Shown here: in pieces, positions 26,601 through 39,799 of the stretch
Numbering within the stretch: the first letter of the stretch is position 1
How the letters are laid out: every line of letters begins with the position of its first letter
From: Nemertoderma westbladi
Taxonomy: Eukaryota; Animalia; Xenacoelomorpha
Reading direction: 5' to 3'
Assembly: GCA_032718475.1 (NCBI GenBank)
Contig: JAUCBJ010005017.1
Location: 1-64,000 of the forward strand
Length of the DNA: 64,000 nucleotides
Program-made: the position numbers and the translations under genes
The notes under the pieces: generated by a model
What the model was told of the DNA's origin: nothing
What the model saw: only the letters and a program-made list of their open reading frames with translations
The model's database searches: none

Positions 26601-28150
26601 TCCCGGTTGTCATCAGCAGTGGTGCGCACCACTGAACAGGCATTTGAAGGGCTTGAGATGATCCCAAAAGCCTGGATGGTCATCCAATACTCCACCGGTT
26701 TCTGGTTGAGGTCTCCTTCCGGCCACCACAGAAATCGTAGGCTGTCTCGATCCCTATCCAGCGCCTTGACTTGTAAGAACATGCCTTCTATATCGGAGGC
26801 GAAAGCGATTGAATATTGTCTTAATCTTAAGAGTATTCCCAACAAGGATTGGAGTAAGTTGGGTCCTGGTAACAACTCGGAATTAAGGGATTGGCCCATG
26901 TAGAGGGCGGAGCCATCAAATACTACCCGTACTTCATGGGGTTTACCGGGTTTGGGAATGTAATGATGTGTTAGATAGTACGTTCTCTCAGTTATGGGTG
27001 TTTCTTCCGGTACTCGCTCCGCATATCCCTTGTTAATAAATTTCTTCAACTGAGTCTGGTACATTTCTTTAGCTGAAGCATTTGCCGTAAGGCGTCGATG
27101 TAGTTGAGCAATTCTTTTCTCCGCCAAGGGTCGGTTGTTTATGAATTTTGGTTTTCGCTTTCGGAATGGTAGACCGATTTCATATCTACCTTGACCTTTA
27201 AGAAAACGTGTAGTTGTCTCCTGGATCTGCTTGGCTCTTTCTTCTTCTACCGATAGGGCCTTATCGTAGGAATTGGGCTCTACAGCCTCTTGAGTAAAGA
27301 ATCGTAAGGCGTGTTCATCCCGAGTCTTCGCGTTATAGCGCTCTATTACGTCATTCAGTTCATCGTTATAGTCAACTTGTCCTGATGGACGAATGAGTTG
27401 ACATAGGTTCACTTGGTTTTGCCAAGTCTCGTTTTCCGTAAGGAGGTCGATGGTATTCTCCTCGTCGAAGAGTTGGTGGATATCGTCATTATCTGAGGAG
27501 TATGGTGTTCCCTCAGTTGGGTCGTCTACCTCACTGCTCTCCGCTTCCCATTCACTTACTTGGTATACCCGTTCTTTTGGTAACCTTTCCATGAGAGTTC
27601 TACAGGAAGGGCCAGTAAAGTACCAACCTACTCTAGTTCTTCCCACATAGGCTTGTAGTGGTTGCGGTTGAGCAGGCCGTTTCTCCAATGTCTCAAGCGC
27701 CTCATGCGCATTTTGGCCGATGAGTATTTGCACTCCAGGGTAATCTGTGTTGAATCTAGGTATATTAAGCTGCTGGGTGAAATCGTCCTCATCCCAGTTA
27801 TAAGGTTTTACTTGGCTGGTAGCGAAGTTCTTTATCGCCACCATTTTTACTGACCTTATGCTGTGTTCTCCTAGTTCATCCTGGGGGGTGGACAACGCAC
27901 CTACATAATAATCCGCTATTACTGTAGATTTCCAAACCTGCATAATTCCTGACATGTTTAACTTAGTTCGGAACTTGGGTTGTCCAGCAAAGATGTCTTC
28001 GGCTAGTTCTTTGTCTATGAATGTTCCTGTGCTACCGGAGTCAAGTAGGGCGTTCACTATATAACTCTTTTCAGGTCCGTGGACCCTCAACTGCACTACG
28101 GGAAATTCTCGGATTCCTACATTGGAAGTTGGTGCTTTCCAAGATGGTTG
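23672..28150 (-). pseudogene. pol: BEL/Pao pol (aspartic protease, RT, RNase H, integrase)
   Basis: LLDSGSTGTF; YMDD; FGDAS..RAEL..YWTDA..NPADIASRG; H..H..CIPC; GVDLFGP, RSDKGTNF, WGGSWERL. A TGA at 23846-23848 is followed in frame by the conserved RPVGRLCLLE tail up to TAA at 23672. Confidence 0.93.
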
Positions 28151-31100
28151 TCAGTCAGAATTAGTTAGGGGGAGCTCGCTGTCGGTGTCCTTTTCATACG
28201 TAAGTGCTCGATACACTGCGGTATTTATCAGGTAACAGGATTCGTTTTCGTCGGAGAATTCGTCTGTATAGAATCCTTCCATCTCAGAACTTTGGTCAGT
28301 GTCGTTCACATCACTGAATTGGACATGTAGTTCGGACTCACTTACCTGACTCGGGCTGTTTCGTTCGAATTCAGTGTGCAACAAGATATGATGTTTTGCG
28401 CCGCACTTCGCGCACCTTGCGTCGGAGTAACAGGTTCGCCGTTGGTGTCCTTGTCTGAGGCAATTATAACACAACCGCTTATCCCACATGACTTCCCGTC
28501 TATCCTTTAATGATTTCTTTAGGAATTCATCACACACATTCAAACGGTGGGGCCCGTCACACAGCGCACATTTCGGTTTGATGTTACTTACCTTATTTTG
28601 AGTAACGTTGTGCACACTCGTTCTTTCTTCGGGCTTTCTTACATGAATTCTCTTAGGAGACGTAGGAGGAGTTTTTCTTACCTGTTCTCTCCTGTCATTG
28701 GTTCGAGACTTGAATTTACTTACGTCTTTAGGCGTTTTGTTGACATAATAAGATCTTTCAGTGTCTTTCCCGCTGTCCTCTTCTTGAGAAGCCTGGCTTT
28801 CGCCGTCGTCGGTATAACGCACTGGTGTTACCTTTCTCCTAGAAACGGGTTTCTCACTTACCTTATTTTCCGGTGTCTTCTCTCTGGACTGCTTTAGGAG
28901 CTGTAATTTTACTTCTTCATCTTAGAATGACATAAGATCAGCCATGGTAGGGTCTCGTCATTGTTGTTCCATCATATATAACACTTTCTTATCCCATCGT
29001 GTACCCTACCACTACTCCACCCTTCGGTATAGTAGAGGCCACGGCTCCAATAACCATAGAACTCTGATATTCATGAGACTTACCTAGCCAATCTAATTGT
29101 CTACAGATCTCCTGAATCTCATCGGAAAACTCTATAATCCCGCTGCTAATGAACTTTCGGGGGGCTACCAATTTTGCATACAAATACCTAGCTATGTTAT
29201 TCCTATTACCATACCTGATGTTTAGTGTATCCCAAACTTGTCTTAATCCATCTGGATGTCCAATAAACTTTAACGCCATTAACTTGGGAGATCCTTCCAA
29301 GCACTCGATGAGGAATCTAAGTTTCTCTCCGTTAGATAGCACAGAGTTCTGTATGTTATCTTTGTAATATTCATTAAAAGGTAACCATTTCATCTCATCT
29401 CCATTGAACTTGATGATCTCTCCCACCTTTACCGCTTGACGGGCTTCGGTTCTAGCCATTTGACGCGTAAAACTTTCTTGGGCCATCGTATTATTTAATA
29501 TCGAGTTATCGGTATATAAATTTCTCGGATTATTATCAGGTCTATATGGAATATCATTGTCAACAGGTTTATAATTACCCTTAATAGGGGTTACTATAGG
29601 AGTTTCTACTTCACTAGCAGTATAGATGCGTGTAGGCTCCACACCTTGCGCATGAAATACTTCAGACCTAACAGGTTGACACATTGTTACTGGGGTTGGT
29701 GGTATACTCCTTTGAGTATTTACCAATTTGTCGCGTTCTAACGCGATACTCTGCTGCACCTCTTGCAACTCTAACCTACTTTCCCTTACTGTTCCCTTGA
29801 ACTGCTGAACAGTTCCTTCCATCTCCCGGACCTGCTGAGAGGAGCACTTACGGTGTTCCCTCAGCTGCCCGAGCAGGAGACCCATCTCCCGTCGTCCCTC
29901 AGCTACCCACTCGACCGCCGAAGCGGGAGTCGCCAATGTAGTAGCGGGTGAGCGAGAGACGACGGGCGATAAATTCTTGATATCTCGCTCGGCGTCCAGG
30001 ACGGGTTCGGACTCGTGAACAGTCCTACTGGGCACAGGTAGTTTAGTACTGTGCAAAGGGAATTTAGAAGTAGGTTCTGGGAGTACAAGTGTCTCTATCA
30101 CCGAAGGGGTGGCTTCGAGAACAGGCCTAATTATTTCAGGCTCATCTACTATAGTAGGGAGTCTTTCTATTTTAATTATTTGGTCTGTGGGTTCTGTACT
30201 ACCTAAGTCTGTGCTAGCTAGTTGCCTTCTAACAGCTGGGGGCAAATCAGGCAATTTCTGACGGTGAGGCATTCTTCTATGTCTGCTTAGACGAGATCTA
30301 TTTCCTCCGCCTTCAGGATCGGTGGTATCGCCTTCATCAGATGATGTATATCCCTGTCTTTTGGGAGTAGATCGACTCATCATCTGCATTTGACTAGCTG
30401 TTAACTGTTTATTTATGCAGTCTTGATTCTCTTGAATATTTTCCAACTCTAGTTGGGTGGTCTCTTCAGACGCTCTCCGTTCTGCTTCTGCCACTGCTAT
30501 CTTTCTTTCCGCTTCTGCTGCTTTTCTTTCCGCTTCTGCCACTGCCGCTTTTCTTTCCGCTTCTACTGCTGCAGCTACCGCTTTTGCTTCTGCCACTGCT
30601 GCTTTTCTTTCAGCTTCTACTGCTGCAGCTGCCGCTTTTGCCTCTGCCGTTGCCTCTGCCGCTTTTCTTTCCTTCTGCCGCTGCCACTGCCGCTGCTGCT
30701 GTCTTTCTGTCTTCTATACGTTTTTTCTTTACTTGTTCTTCTTGGACTCTAGCGATGCGGAGTCTTTCATCAAATTTAGCTTGGTTAGCAGCTAACATTT
30801 CTGCATCGATTGCGTCCAACACAAGCTTGGCTCCTTCACTATTAGGGCGAAGTCCAGACAGCCGTCTCCTCAACTCTTCGTCTCCTAGGAATCGTTGATA
30901 GTCTGACAGATAGATGTCAATAGCGTCCCTCGTCTGCGGTTTCTCTGCTGTCGCTTCGCTTTCCACGTGAGAAAAGGTAGCGTCTGTTGATTCTCCATGG
31001 GTTGAGCGCTCAGCCAGCTGAACTTTCCACTGGGCCGTTCCTTGAACTTTGAGACTCACCCGCTGAAACCAAGTCTTTACGGCAACTTGCAACGACGTGT

Positions 31101-31881
31101 CTTGTCTTCTTTTCGAAGCCTCCTCAAAGGCCGATAAGATTAGTCTGATTCTTAGAATTCTTTCTCTAACTTGATAAAGCAGCTCTCCCTGCTCTTGAGG
31201 TCCTTGGGGTTGTCGAAACAGTTGTTCCTCTAATCGCTCCAAAGAGCTGAAGAATCCCTGTACGTATCCTGCTGCCGACCTCTTCCATACAGCTGGATCA
31301 CTGGTGTCTTTTGTCACTCCCATCCTGTGTATGTCTTCCCAGGCAGCTTCCGATAAGTCAAACGGGAGTCCGGGTCCGGGGAAGTTCCATTGCGACTCGA
31401 CAATAGACTTCAGTTCTTCCCTTGTGTATCCCGCATAACTATCCTTGGTCGATCGCTTACTTCTCGCCCAATCAATCTGGTGTTCCTCCACCGCAATCAA
31501 TACCCTAGTGAGTACGGCTGCAGGAAGGATGAGAAGGGGATCCGAATAAACCGCATCTGCCATCATTGCTCCGCGCTCGGGTGTCAGCTCTACAGTATCC
31601 GCACTACTGGAGCTGTCGGGCCGCTGAGAAATAAGTTCTCGGCTCGAGTGTTGCTGCTGTTCAACCTCTGCCTCTTGGTCCCTCTTGACCTGAGCTCGAG
31701 TGCCTATGATAGACCTATGGTGTTGGACTAGCCTAGGGTCTGATACTACTACTGGAGGGATGATCTTTCTTACAGTAGGAGGTGAGTTGAACTTCGGTCT
31801 CACACGTTCCACACTCCTGTCTGGGTCACAGATGGTTGTATCTAGGAGACTGTCTGACAGGTTTTGCTTTGTGTCAGACAT
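28151..31881 (-). pseudogene. gag: BEL/Pao gag (long, coiled-coil N-terminus, triple zinc knuckle)
   Basis: FNGDEMKWLPF..KLRFLIECLEG..LNIRYG core, then CALCDGPH..C, CYNCLRQGH..C, CAKCGAKHHILLH. Broken by frameshifts near 30670 and 29020 and two in-frame stops near 28920-28960. Confidence 0.88.
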
Positions 31882-32017
31882 GTTTGTTTGTACAGTTGAA
31901 TGCCTACTGCTATATTACAGTTAAAACAAGTCTAGTAATTCAGTATCACTGTTAGCCTAGTAATTAATTACCAATATCGTTACTCTATGTAATGTGATAT
32001 ATATACAATATATTAGA

Positions 32018-32266
32018 GTACCGGTATATACTTATAGTATATATAAGTATTATTACAGACTAGGTTTGTCACAGAATACCGGTATGTAATTTCAGCGCAA
32101 ATATATAACAATATATAATAAGCCTATCGTGAATACTGGTATATAGCTTACACTTATAGTATATATAAGTATAATTACAGACTAGAATTAATTACAGAAT
32201 ACCGGTATATAATTTCAGCGCAAATATATTAATATATAATAAGCCTATCGTGAATACCGGTATATA
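32018..32266. repeat. Two ~120-bp tandem repeats in the BEL 5' leader
   Basis: CACTTATAGTATATATAAGTAT..CAGAATACCGGTAT..AAGCCTATCGTGAATAC occurs twice. Confidence 0.8.
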
Positions 32267-33782
32267 AATTATTTTAGAATAATTGAATTTCTGAATTTTA
32301 GGGGTTACTTGGTTACTTTACTTTACTTTATTACCGTTATTTAAGCAGTAGTCCAACTGACATTAAGACCTAATTGTTGTATGACAGGCCTACTATTTTA
32401 TAAATCCGTTTGAGTTGATTTATAATATATATACCCGTTTAATGGGTTTTTGTCAATATTTGAAATAAATGTTATTATTTCTGGGAAAGAGTCACTGCAC
32501 AGAAGCTGTACGCTCTCAGTGAAGTGCTACTTGTTGGACACTAAAACAAATAATTCTAATTTGCCTAAGTTACTTAATACTACAAATTACGTACAATTCG
32601 GGGTGAGATTACAATCTCTAAATAAACACAAAAATTACACGTACGAATTTTTAGGGTAATTTTACAAGAAGTTTACAAACCAGCCTAACAAAGGGTTAGA
32701 ATATCTGGTTATTACAAACAGACAGGATACTACGGTATTTGAAAATAACAAAGCAGTAGTAAATATACTGCGTTGTCCAGATAGGAAAAATACCACCATC
32801 TGACGACTTATAGCCCTATCGCTATAAGTACTACATTATGTATCACGGAGTGTTCCTACCTAGAAGTTAATTACCGCGGCCTACCAGAGCCAACGTGCCT
32901 ATTAACCACTTTACAACACAAATATACTGCCTACACACTAATTACCTTCGGAAAGCACTGTACACTAAACCCTAAATTAGGTACAAGTACTTATACAACA
33001 AATAATCAACAGTTAAAAATACTTGTACAGCTAAAAGAACCACGGTATCTGCCGGAGTGACCAAAGCATAAAATCTCCAGTCTTTACCTACGCCAAACAG
33101 CCCTGATGTAGTACCGGGGTTAATTTAACTATAACGGTATGTATAACAAGCACAATTACTGTAGGAATAAACTTGGGGTATGAATGTTGCGAATAATCGC
33201 ATAAACTCTGAATAATAAATATTACGCTACCCTTACAGACTATACAAACAAAATAAAAACCAAATGCTGGCAGACTACTATCAAGCCTAAACAAATTACA
33301 GTATATGCAGACTCAGAAATGGTTAGTTAGTATGCATTCTAACCGAGTAGTACGACTTATTCTTTCAGGGAGATTTACCTTACAGCACTGGATGCCACCC
33401 ACTTTCCTAACTAGTACTTTATCGGACATACACTCTACACACACTGCAATCCCTTCAGACTTAACAACAGTCAGACAACAGTCCAGCCTACAAATTACCT
33501 GTACAATCTGAGCAGGCTTACACGTCTTCTGCTCAATATTAACTTACAAATAAATAAAACTGACAGAAATAGGCCTAAGTAAAATCCCAATAAAAACCAG
33601 GCGTCCCCGATTAAATATTAAGACCTACCGGTATATAATTATCAAAATCGAATAATACTGCTGTACCTGTACTGCAGTAAGTACCGGTCCGGGTGGTTAG
33701 GTAGTCAGGCCTACTGGTTACCGGTCGACCGGTACTTTAGTCTTTATTGCCTACGTCGCAATAAAGATCCTATAACTGTTAT

Positions 33783-34960
33783 TGTTCGCGCTTTCAGACC
33801 TTTAGCAGTTTAACCTGCCAAATTTAAGTGTCTTCTAGTTTATAAATCGACTTTAGCCTATGACGAGTATTTGATACACTACATTAGCCGAAGCCAGCCT
33901 ATGCGCGACCATTCACCCGCTGGATATACCCCGGAGACTGGATTCGGAAGCTCTGACCTTATTGCGGTGTAGGCCTACTGTATTATTCGATTGATCGTTA
34001 ATATATAATCTCTGACAAATATTATTCACTTTCGGGAAATATTAACAGTTCCTTTAGGACGTGGCGCTCTAAGTATATAGACAGAGTTATGACTTACACT
34101 AAGCACAACAGGATGGCTATTGATTCACGTATAAAGCGCATTCTTTTGGAGATGCTTTGTTATCTGTCACAATCATGCAAACTACCGCACAATGCTGCAC
34201 ACCGATCTGCTGACCTTCATTAATTTTAGTCACATATAAAGAGAACAGCAACCGACACATGTAGTGCCTATGAAATAGCATTAGATTCACTCCAAAACCA
34301 ATATAATGTAAGTCGCAATTGCTATATGTAACCTGTCTCTTACCTTCAGTATATCAAGAAGATTGGGGTTTTATGATTATTTATCGATATTATCCAAATA
34401 TAATAATATTCCATCAACTGATATAATTAATAATCGACAGTAAATAGCAGTAAAATAATGCGGTGTTTGTATGTGACAATATGATTTGATAGGTTTGATA
34501 TGATATGATATGCGATAACAGTTATACATTTCTATGATCAAAGCCTACTAATGTTTGGCTAAAGCCTGAAACACAGAAATATTCCACAGCCGGTCTTCTG
34601 GCATCAGGAAAAAGGTAAACATAAACCGTAATGCATTGCGCGATTTCGCGGAGGTTTCTGTACAAAGAACATGAGAATCGCTCTGATTGGTTGACCGAAC
34701 AAAGAAACAAAGGAAAAGTTACACATGTACATATCAGCTGTTAGATGTCGTCATAGTAACTACACTGTATCAAGAGGATTTTGGCTTATTGCGACATAAA
34801 ATCGCTAGTTATGTCCGCTAAAGTACTCATACAGAAGAAATGGCTTTTTATGTCCACTAAAACACCGGTACAGTAAGGAAACAGCTTTTTATGTCCGTTA
34901 AAACACCTACAGAGTACTTTGCGGGGGAAATAACCAGCTAATTCCGCAAAAGCCTTTACA
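33783..34960 (-). repeat. 5' LTR of the BEL element
   Basis: Direct repeat of 17813-18985; the minus strand starts TGTAAAGG and ends CGCGAACA. Confidence 0.95.
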
Positions 34961-35320
34961 CTGGATTACGTTCTCTGTGACGCGAAAGTGTGAAGCGAAT
35001 TCGTTGTCGAATTGGGTCGGAAGCTGCGGGAATTCTACTGTTCTACGGGTGTAAACCGCAGCGGTCCGGTGACTACGGACGGATACTACTGGGATAAGCA
35101 GGTATTTCGATCGAGTTTCTCGTATTCTCGATGCTCGAGGCGGATAGAGAGTTGGTTGTGTTGGGCGGTGTTGTTCAATTCTATTAAACATATTAAATAA
35201 TTGGTAAAATAATAAAAACACACCAGATAAAGATACTGAGCTTATGGTAAAGAGATAGGCCGAACTTACAATTTCCAAATAGGTTGTTCATGTAATAAAT
35301 ATATTTTTGGTATTTGATTT

Positions 35321-35590
35321 CAAGATAGGTGGGGGGGGGGGGGGGGGGGGGAACTGGACACAATAAAAATTCATCCCTCTCCAGGGGAAATTGGACGCAA
35401 ATAACAACAGCTGATTACTCTCAAAAATAAAACTGTAACCTGTTCTATTGTGTTTACTTTATTGTTTTGGTTAAAATAACGTGCCACTGTAACCTGCTCC
35501 TTTCCCAAAATTTAGAAATTAATATTGAGGCGGGATATTAATTCGCCAAGATGGGATTTGCGTCCAGTCCCACCCCCCTCCTATCTCTTG
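35321..35590. mobile_element. Small TIR element (P-like CAAG ends) nested in the P-like element
   Basis: CAAGATAGG-polyG-AACTGGACAC versus GCGTCCAGTCCCACCCCCCTCCTATCTCTTG; partial TSD ATTTCA at both junctions. Confidence 0.55.
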
Positions 35591-36512
35591 ATTTCACTAA
35601 AAAATAGAATACATTGCATTTTAATGTTATAATTACTGTATTGAATAAAATAATTAATTGATTGTTTATTAAACCGTGCTAAGCACGTTGAACTGGTGCT
35701 CTAACAATTCCCCACTAGCGGCAGGCAGGAACTGTAAAAGTCTCTGTAGAATTTCTAATTAAGCAATGCTCTTAGGTAACTACGACTAAATTTCAGATGA
35801 ATCTGATCTTTGGTTCTATAATTACAGCTATTTTTACGTTTCTGTTAATTCTCCCCCTAGCGGAAGACCGGGGAACTGTAGAAGTCTGTCTGTGTGTAGA
35901 ATTTCTAAATTTTTTATAGACTAGATGTGTACCAAGTTTGGTTCCATTTCATCCATGATTGACCGACTTATTAGCTTTTCAAACATTCCTGCCACAAACA
36001 TAGCCAGAGGCAGCCACAAACAAATAAAAGCTGCAGGAACTCGAGCGTTAATTAATTTATTAATTATTAAATACTGTTTCAATTAAATTCTTTACGAAAA
36101 TCTAGTCATCTTCTTTTAAATATGGACCCTGCATTCATGGAAAATATAATATTTGATAATTCATCAGTCAGCCTACGCTAATTTCGCAGCAAAGTCCTTG
36201 CCATGGCCTGTGTGTAGTAGGCCATGGTACCACCCTACTACCGGTACCGGCTGACGGCGTGACCGGTGGCAACCAGCACTTCAGCACTTGCACAGCAACA
36301 GCACTACCGGCGATACACAGGTTGAAATTTATGTAGAGTTTGCTCAACAGTACAGATATAAAATAGTTATCTAAATTATATATATTACTATTGACAAGTA
36401 TTGAAATATATACCGTTATTCGTGTTATCAGTATTTGCAACATCTGACATTGAAGAGGTGAGAGAAGATCAATACCGGCACTCAACAAAACCAACGCTTA
36501 TCACAGGTCGGT

Positions 36513-36800
36513 ATGGTTACCTCGAAACCGGCGCGACTGTCCACTCGAATACAACTTCAAAACACAAACGCCAACAATAAACTGAAAGCGAATCGAACGT
36601 CTTCAGAAGAATCTGTCATTGGGACGAAGAAAAGGAAGCCGAAACCACAGGTATGGACCACAGCTAAGATTGAATGCTCCCATTGTCAGAGTTCCTGGAC
36701 CGAAATTGAAACACCAATTGCCGATGGGCTTGATCTCTCAAACCAAAACTTCCTCTGCGGGGTTTGCGCGGCAGTAAAGATTGAAAGTCTGGAAGCTGGC
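36513..36800 (+). pseudogene. Probable 5' remnant of a LINE ORF1 (CxxC...CxxC zinc finger preceding a coiled coil)
   Basis: IECSHC...FLCGVCAAVKIESLE after a basic linker resembles CR1/L2-type ORF1 N-termini. The sequence turns non-coding-like after ~36800. Confidence 0.4.
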
Positions 36801-39424
36801 ATCCCTAGGTATTATTATTATAAAGAGCGTCAGCCTGCGTTTAATAAATATATTTTAATACAAAACAGGTCGAACGCAAAGAGGCTTATAATGAAGACGA
36901 GTACTGCATTGATTATATTCCTATAAACCACCTGGCTTTGCATATTGAACGTGCGTTTGGAAATAAGTTCGTGCTACCCTTCCGTGGGTGGTAGATGTCG
37001 CGGTTATTTATTGGTGGGTTGGGGGAGGGGGGGGGGGGGGGGGGTGCAGATTAAAAGGGGTGAACACGTACTGTCCCCCTTTCATTGATTAATTGGTGGT
37101 GTGGGTTAATCTCTCATAACCTGATTTTGTGATACAGTCGCACAATTTTAATTTGTATCTCATAACTAGGCCTCGTGCTGCGCGAAGGCCCCACGAACGT
37201 GTTAAATTGCCAAAGAGTGGAAAACTCCTCAACACGCATGACACACGAGGGCAGCACAGTTGCTTAACCGTTTGGATTATAATGTATAGAGTATAGATAG
37301 ACTGATTAATACAAAATAAATAAATTAAATAAATGCAATATTTGTTAATGAAATTATGTGTTGAAAATCTATTGATTGTTGTCTTGTTGATTATTGATGT
37401 CTATTGATTTTGTTGTATAAAATAAAAAATATATGTTGATTTTACGTATTCTTCATTTTATAAATCTTAATGGGGCCGTCAGACCGTTTTGATCTACTGT
37501 AAACTGTCTTATCGGATTGAACTTTCACTCAGCCTTCGGGGGAAAATATTACCATTGCATTCAGCATCGCAGAAAACCTATAGAAATCGTTAATTTTGAT
37601 TTTGTGGTAAATATTTCAATTTCATGAAAATTGAAAAATTTGCGCAGCACCTACTTTTTGGGTGCCTATCATTTTTTTCCACAATATCTCGCAAACTAAA
37701 CAAGCTATGATGAAACTGTGATGATTATGAAAAAATGATTTGAAATCCTGAGCGAATTTCGCATATAATGACTAATATAACGAATCAGTATTCAATTTAC
37801 CCAAATTCGACAACTCCGCACACACACACGATCACAGATCGTTTTCAAATTTTGAATAATTTTTAAACTGAAAACACCAATATCTCGGCTATTTTAGTAT
37901 CTTATTGATTTCTGTAAACGCCTTAGTGTTTCTGTGATATTATTGCATCTAATTAATCTGGTTTTGAATTTGAGTGGTGAACCCCATCCCATTGAAAGGG
38001 GAAAGTTTAGTATTCTAGAATGATTGTATCCTCATAATGTTCATGCGATACACCACAGGAGCGGCGAGCGGAAGCAGCAAACGGCCATGGCGAGAGGTCA
38101 CTTTCACAAAAATAGAAGACATTTTTTTAAATGGGTGATGATACACCACTGCCGCTGCAGCCCAATGCCCTTTTAGAACTTGTTCTAGTTGTTGAGCGGC
38201 GAGCGTCGGCGGTGAGTGGCTTCTGTGTTGTTCACCAATGAAAAAGATTGGAGCTGATCGGAAAGGAAAAAACTGGTGGCTATTTCGTGTTTTTTTTTCA
38301 CTTTTTTCTTTGTACTGTACAAACAACAATTCAATTCAATTTCTGTTTATAACTACAACATGCCCAAAAGAGCCATTATTGTTAGATATTACAAGTAAAC
38401 AAACTGAAGAAAATACTAAAGAATGTAAGGCCGGTAAACCAGTGTCAGCAGTACGGTAAAGATATGCACGTATTGTAATTTATAAAGTAATGTACATAGA
38501 ACATGAACACATAAATATAAAACAAATGAAAAGTTACCCGAAACCGCGTTCTAATGTGGTTGTAAAATTTTAACGCGCCGTTGGGACGCCTTTGCCAAAA
38601 AAATTGCCAGAGATTTGATTTTTTCGATAGAGTTTGAGCCTACTAAGTCTTTATTCCGATCCGATTAATAGCATCCGAATTATGGAAACCCCAAACTTCA
38701 CAGGAGTACATTAATATAGGACGGATAAGAGAATAAAACAGATGCAGCTTAAGTTTAAATGATACAAGCTGGCAAGCCTGGAAGGTTCACGGTCCTCCTA
38801 CTTAATCAGTACAATAATAATACGTTTTCGTTCGGGTAGGCCTATGTTTCCTTTTCACTTGTTCCCATCGTAGGCGACCTCATGCTCATCCCACCACGAC
38901 CACGACCACCAGTTACGAGTTGGGTAGGCGTCTACCGGCAACCGGTAAGTAATTACGCGCCACACGACGTCATCCCGCCATCCGCCAACATTTATACCGG
39001 TACGGTAAGCCTACCACCTACCGGCTGGCTACCATCGCACCGTAGGTCTACCGCCTACGCCTACCGGTCAACCGGTAACGGTAGGCTACCGCGTACCGGT
39101 ACAGCGGTACTCAAAGTCGTACCGGTATTGTCGTAATTGACAAATGCAGGATTAAACCGTTACCCGTTCCAGTACCAGTACCCTATGCATCTGAACGACT
39201 GGACGGTTAATCTCATAGCATAGCTGCATAGGCCTACTGGTAGTCAGTGCGAAGTCGCCTGCGAACATGGCGAAATATTATATTTACTGCTAGGGCTAGG
39301 CTAGGACCTACTGCTGTACTGACCTATGACAGTATGAAGATAGGCAGATAGGCCTACAGTGGTCAGGTAGTACCGGTCCGGTATGCCTACTACAGGCAGA
39401 CAATCAGACAGTACTAGCAGTGCT

Positions 39425-39795
39425 AATTAATTACCTTAATTAAATCTTCAATTAGGTCATAATGTAGGTCCAAATTTAAAAATCGGCCTCCGTTAATCGA
39501 TTTACAAATAATTCAGGTACCTCCATGCCAAATATCAGAATCATTCATTGCGTTCCCTATGACAAGATAGCTTTTTCCTAAACCATGCGAAAACACGCAA
39601 ATATAGCGCTCACATCGCACAAATACCATCTCGACACCCAATTTTTTGTATGAGCCTTCGCCATCCCTATATCTAACTTTTGTCCAAATTTTGTTTCGAT
39701 TGATTAATAAATAACTGAGATATCGCTCTGGACACACACACACACACACACACACACTAACACACACACACACACACACATTACGGTAATAATGG
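39425..39795. mobile_element. Non-autonomous Helitron/Helentron-like repeat with a (CA)n tract
   Basis: Repeated CCAAATTT/CATGCCAAATATCA modules ending in a CA microsatellite. Similar AAACTTGGTACAC/GTGTACCAAGTTT modules lie at ~16560-16780 and ~35700-36050. The family call is inference. Confidence 0.4.
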
Positions 39796-39799
39796 TCAC

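Larger units (their letters stand above)
17813..34960 (-). mobile_element. Full-length BEL/Pao LTR retrotransposon, 17.1 kb, coding region inactivated
   Basis: Two ~1.17-kb LTRs with TG...CA ends; 5-bp TSD CTGGA (17808-17812, 34961-34965); gag-PR-RT-RH-IN order with BEL motifs. Confidence 0.96.
17199..36226. mobile_element. P-element-like non-autonomous DNA transposon (~1.9 kb without its BEL insertion)
   Basis: ~61-bp TIRs CATGGCCTACTACACACAGGCC...GGCTGACTG (from 17199; inverted copy ends at 36226) with one mismatch; 8-bp TSD GTACCACC (17191-17198, 36227-36234). CATG termini plus an 8-bp TSD fit the P superfamily. Confidence 0.8.

Noticed and set aside
30453-30898. Plus-strand Ala/Ser-, Cys/Phe- and Leu/Pro-rich ORFs
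   Set aside because: Antisense shadows of the AEAERKAA repeat in gag.
32800-32835. CTGACGA followed by an 8-bp hairpin
   Set aside because: No GAAA after the hairpin, so the hammerhead core is incomplete.
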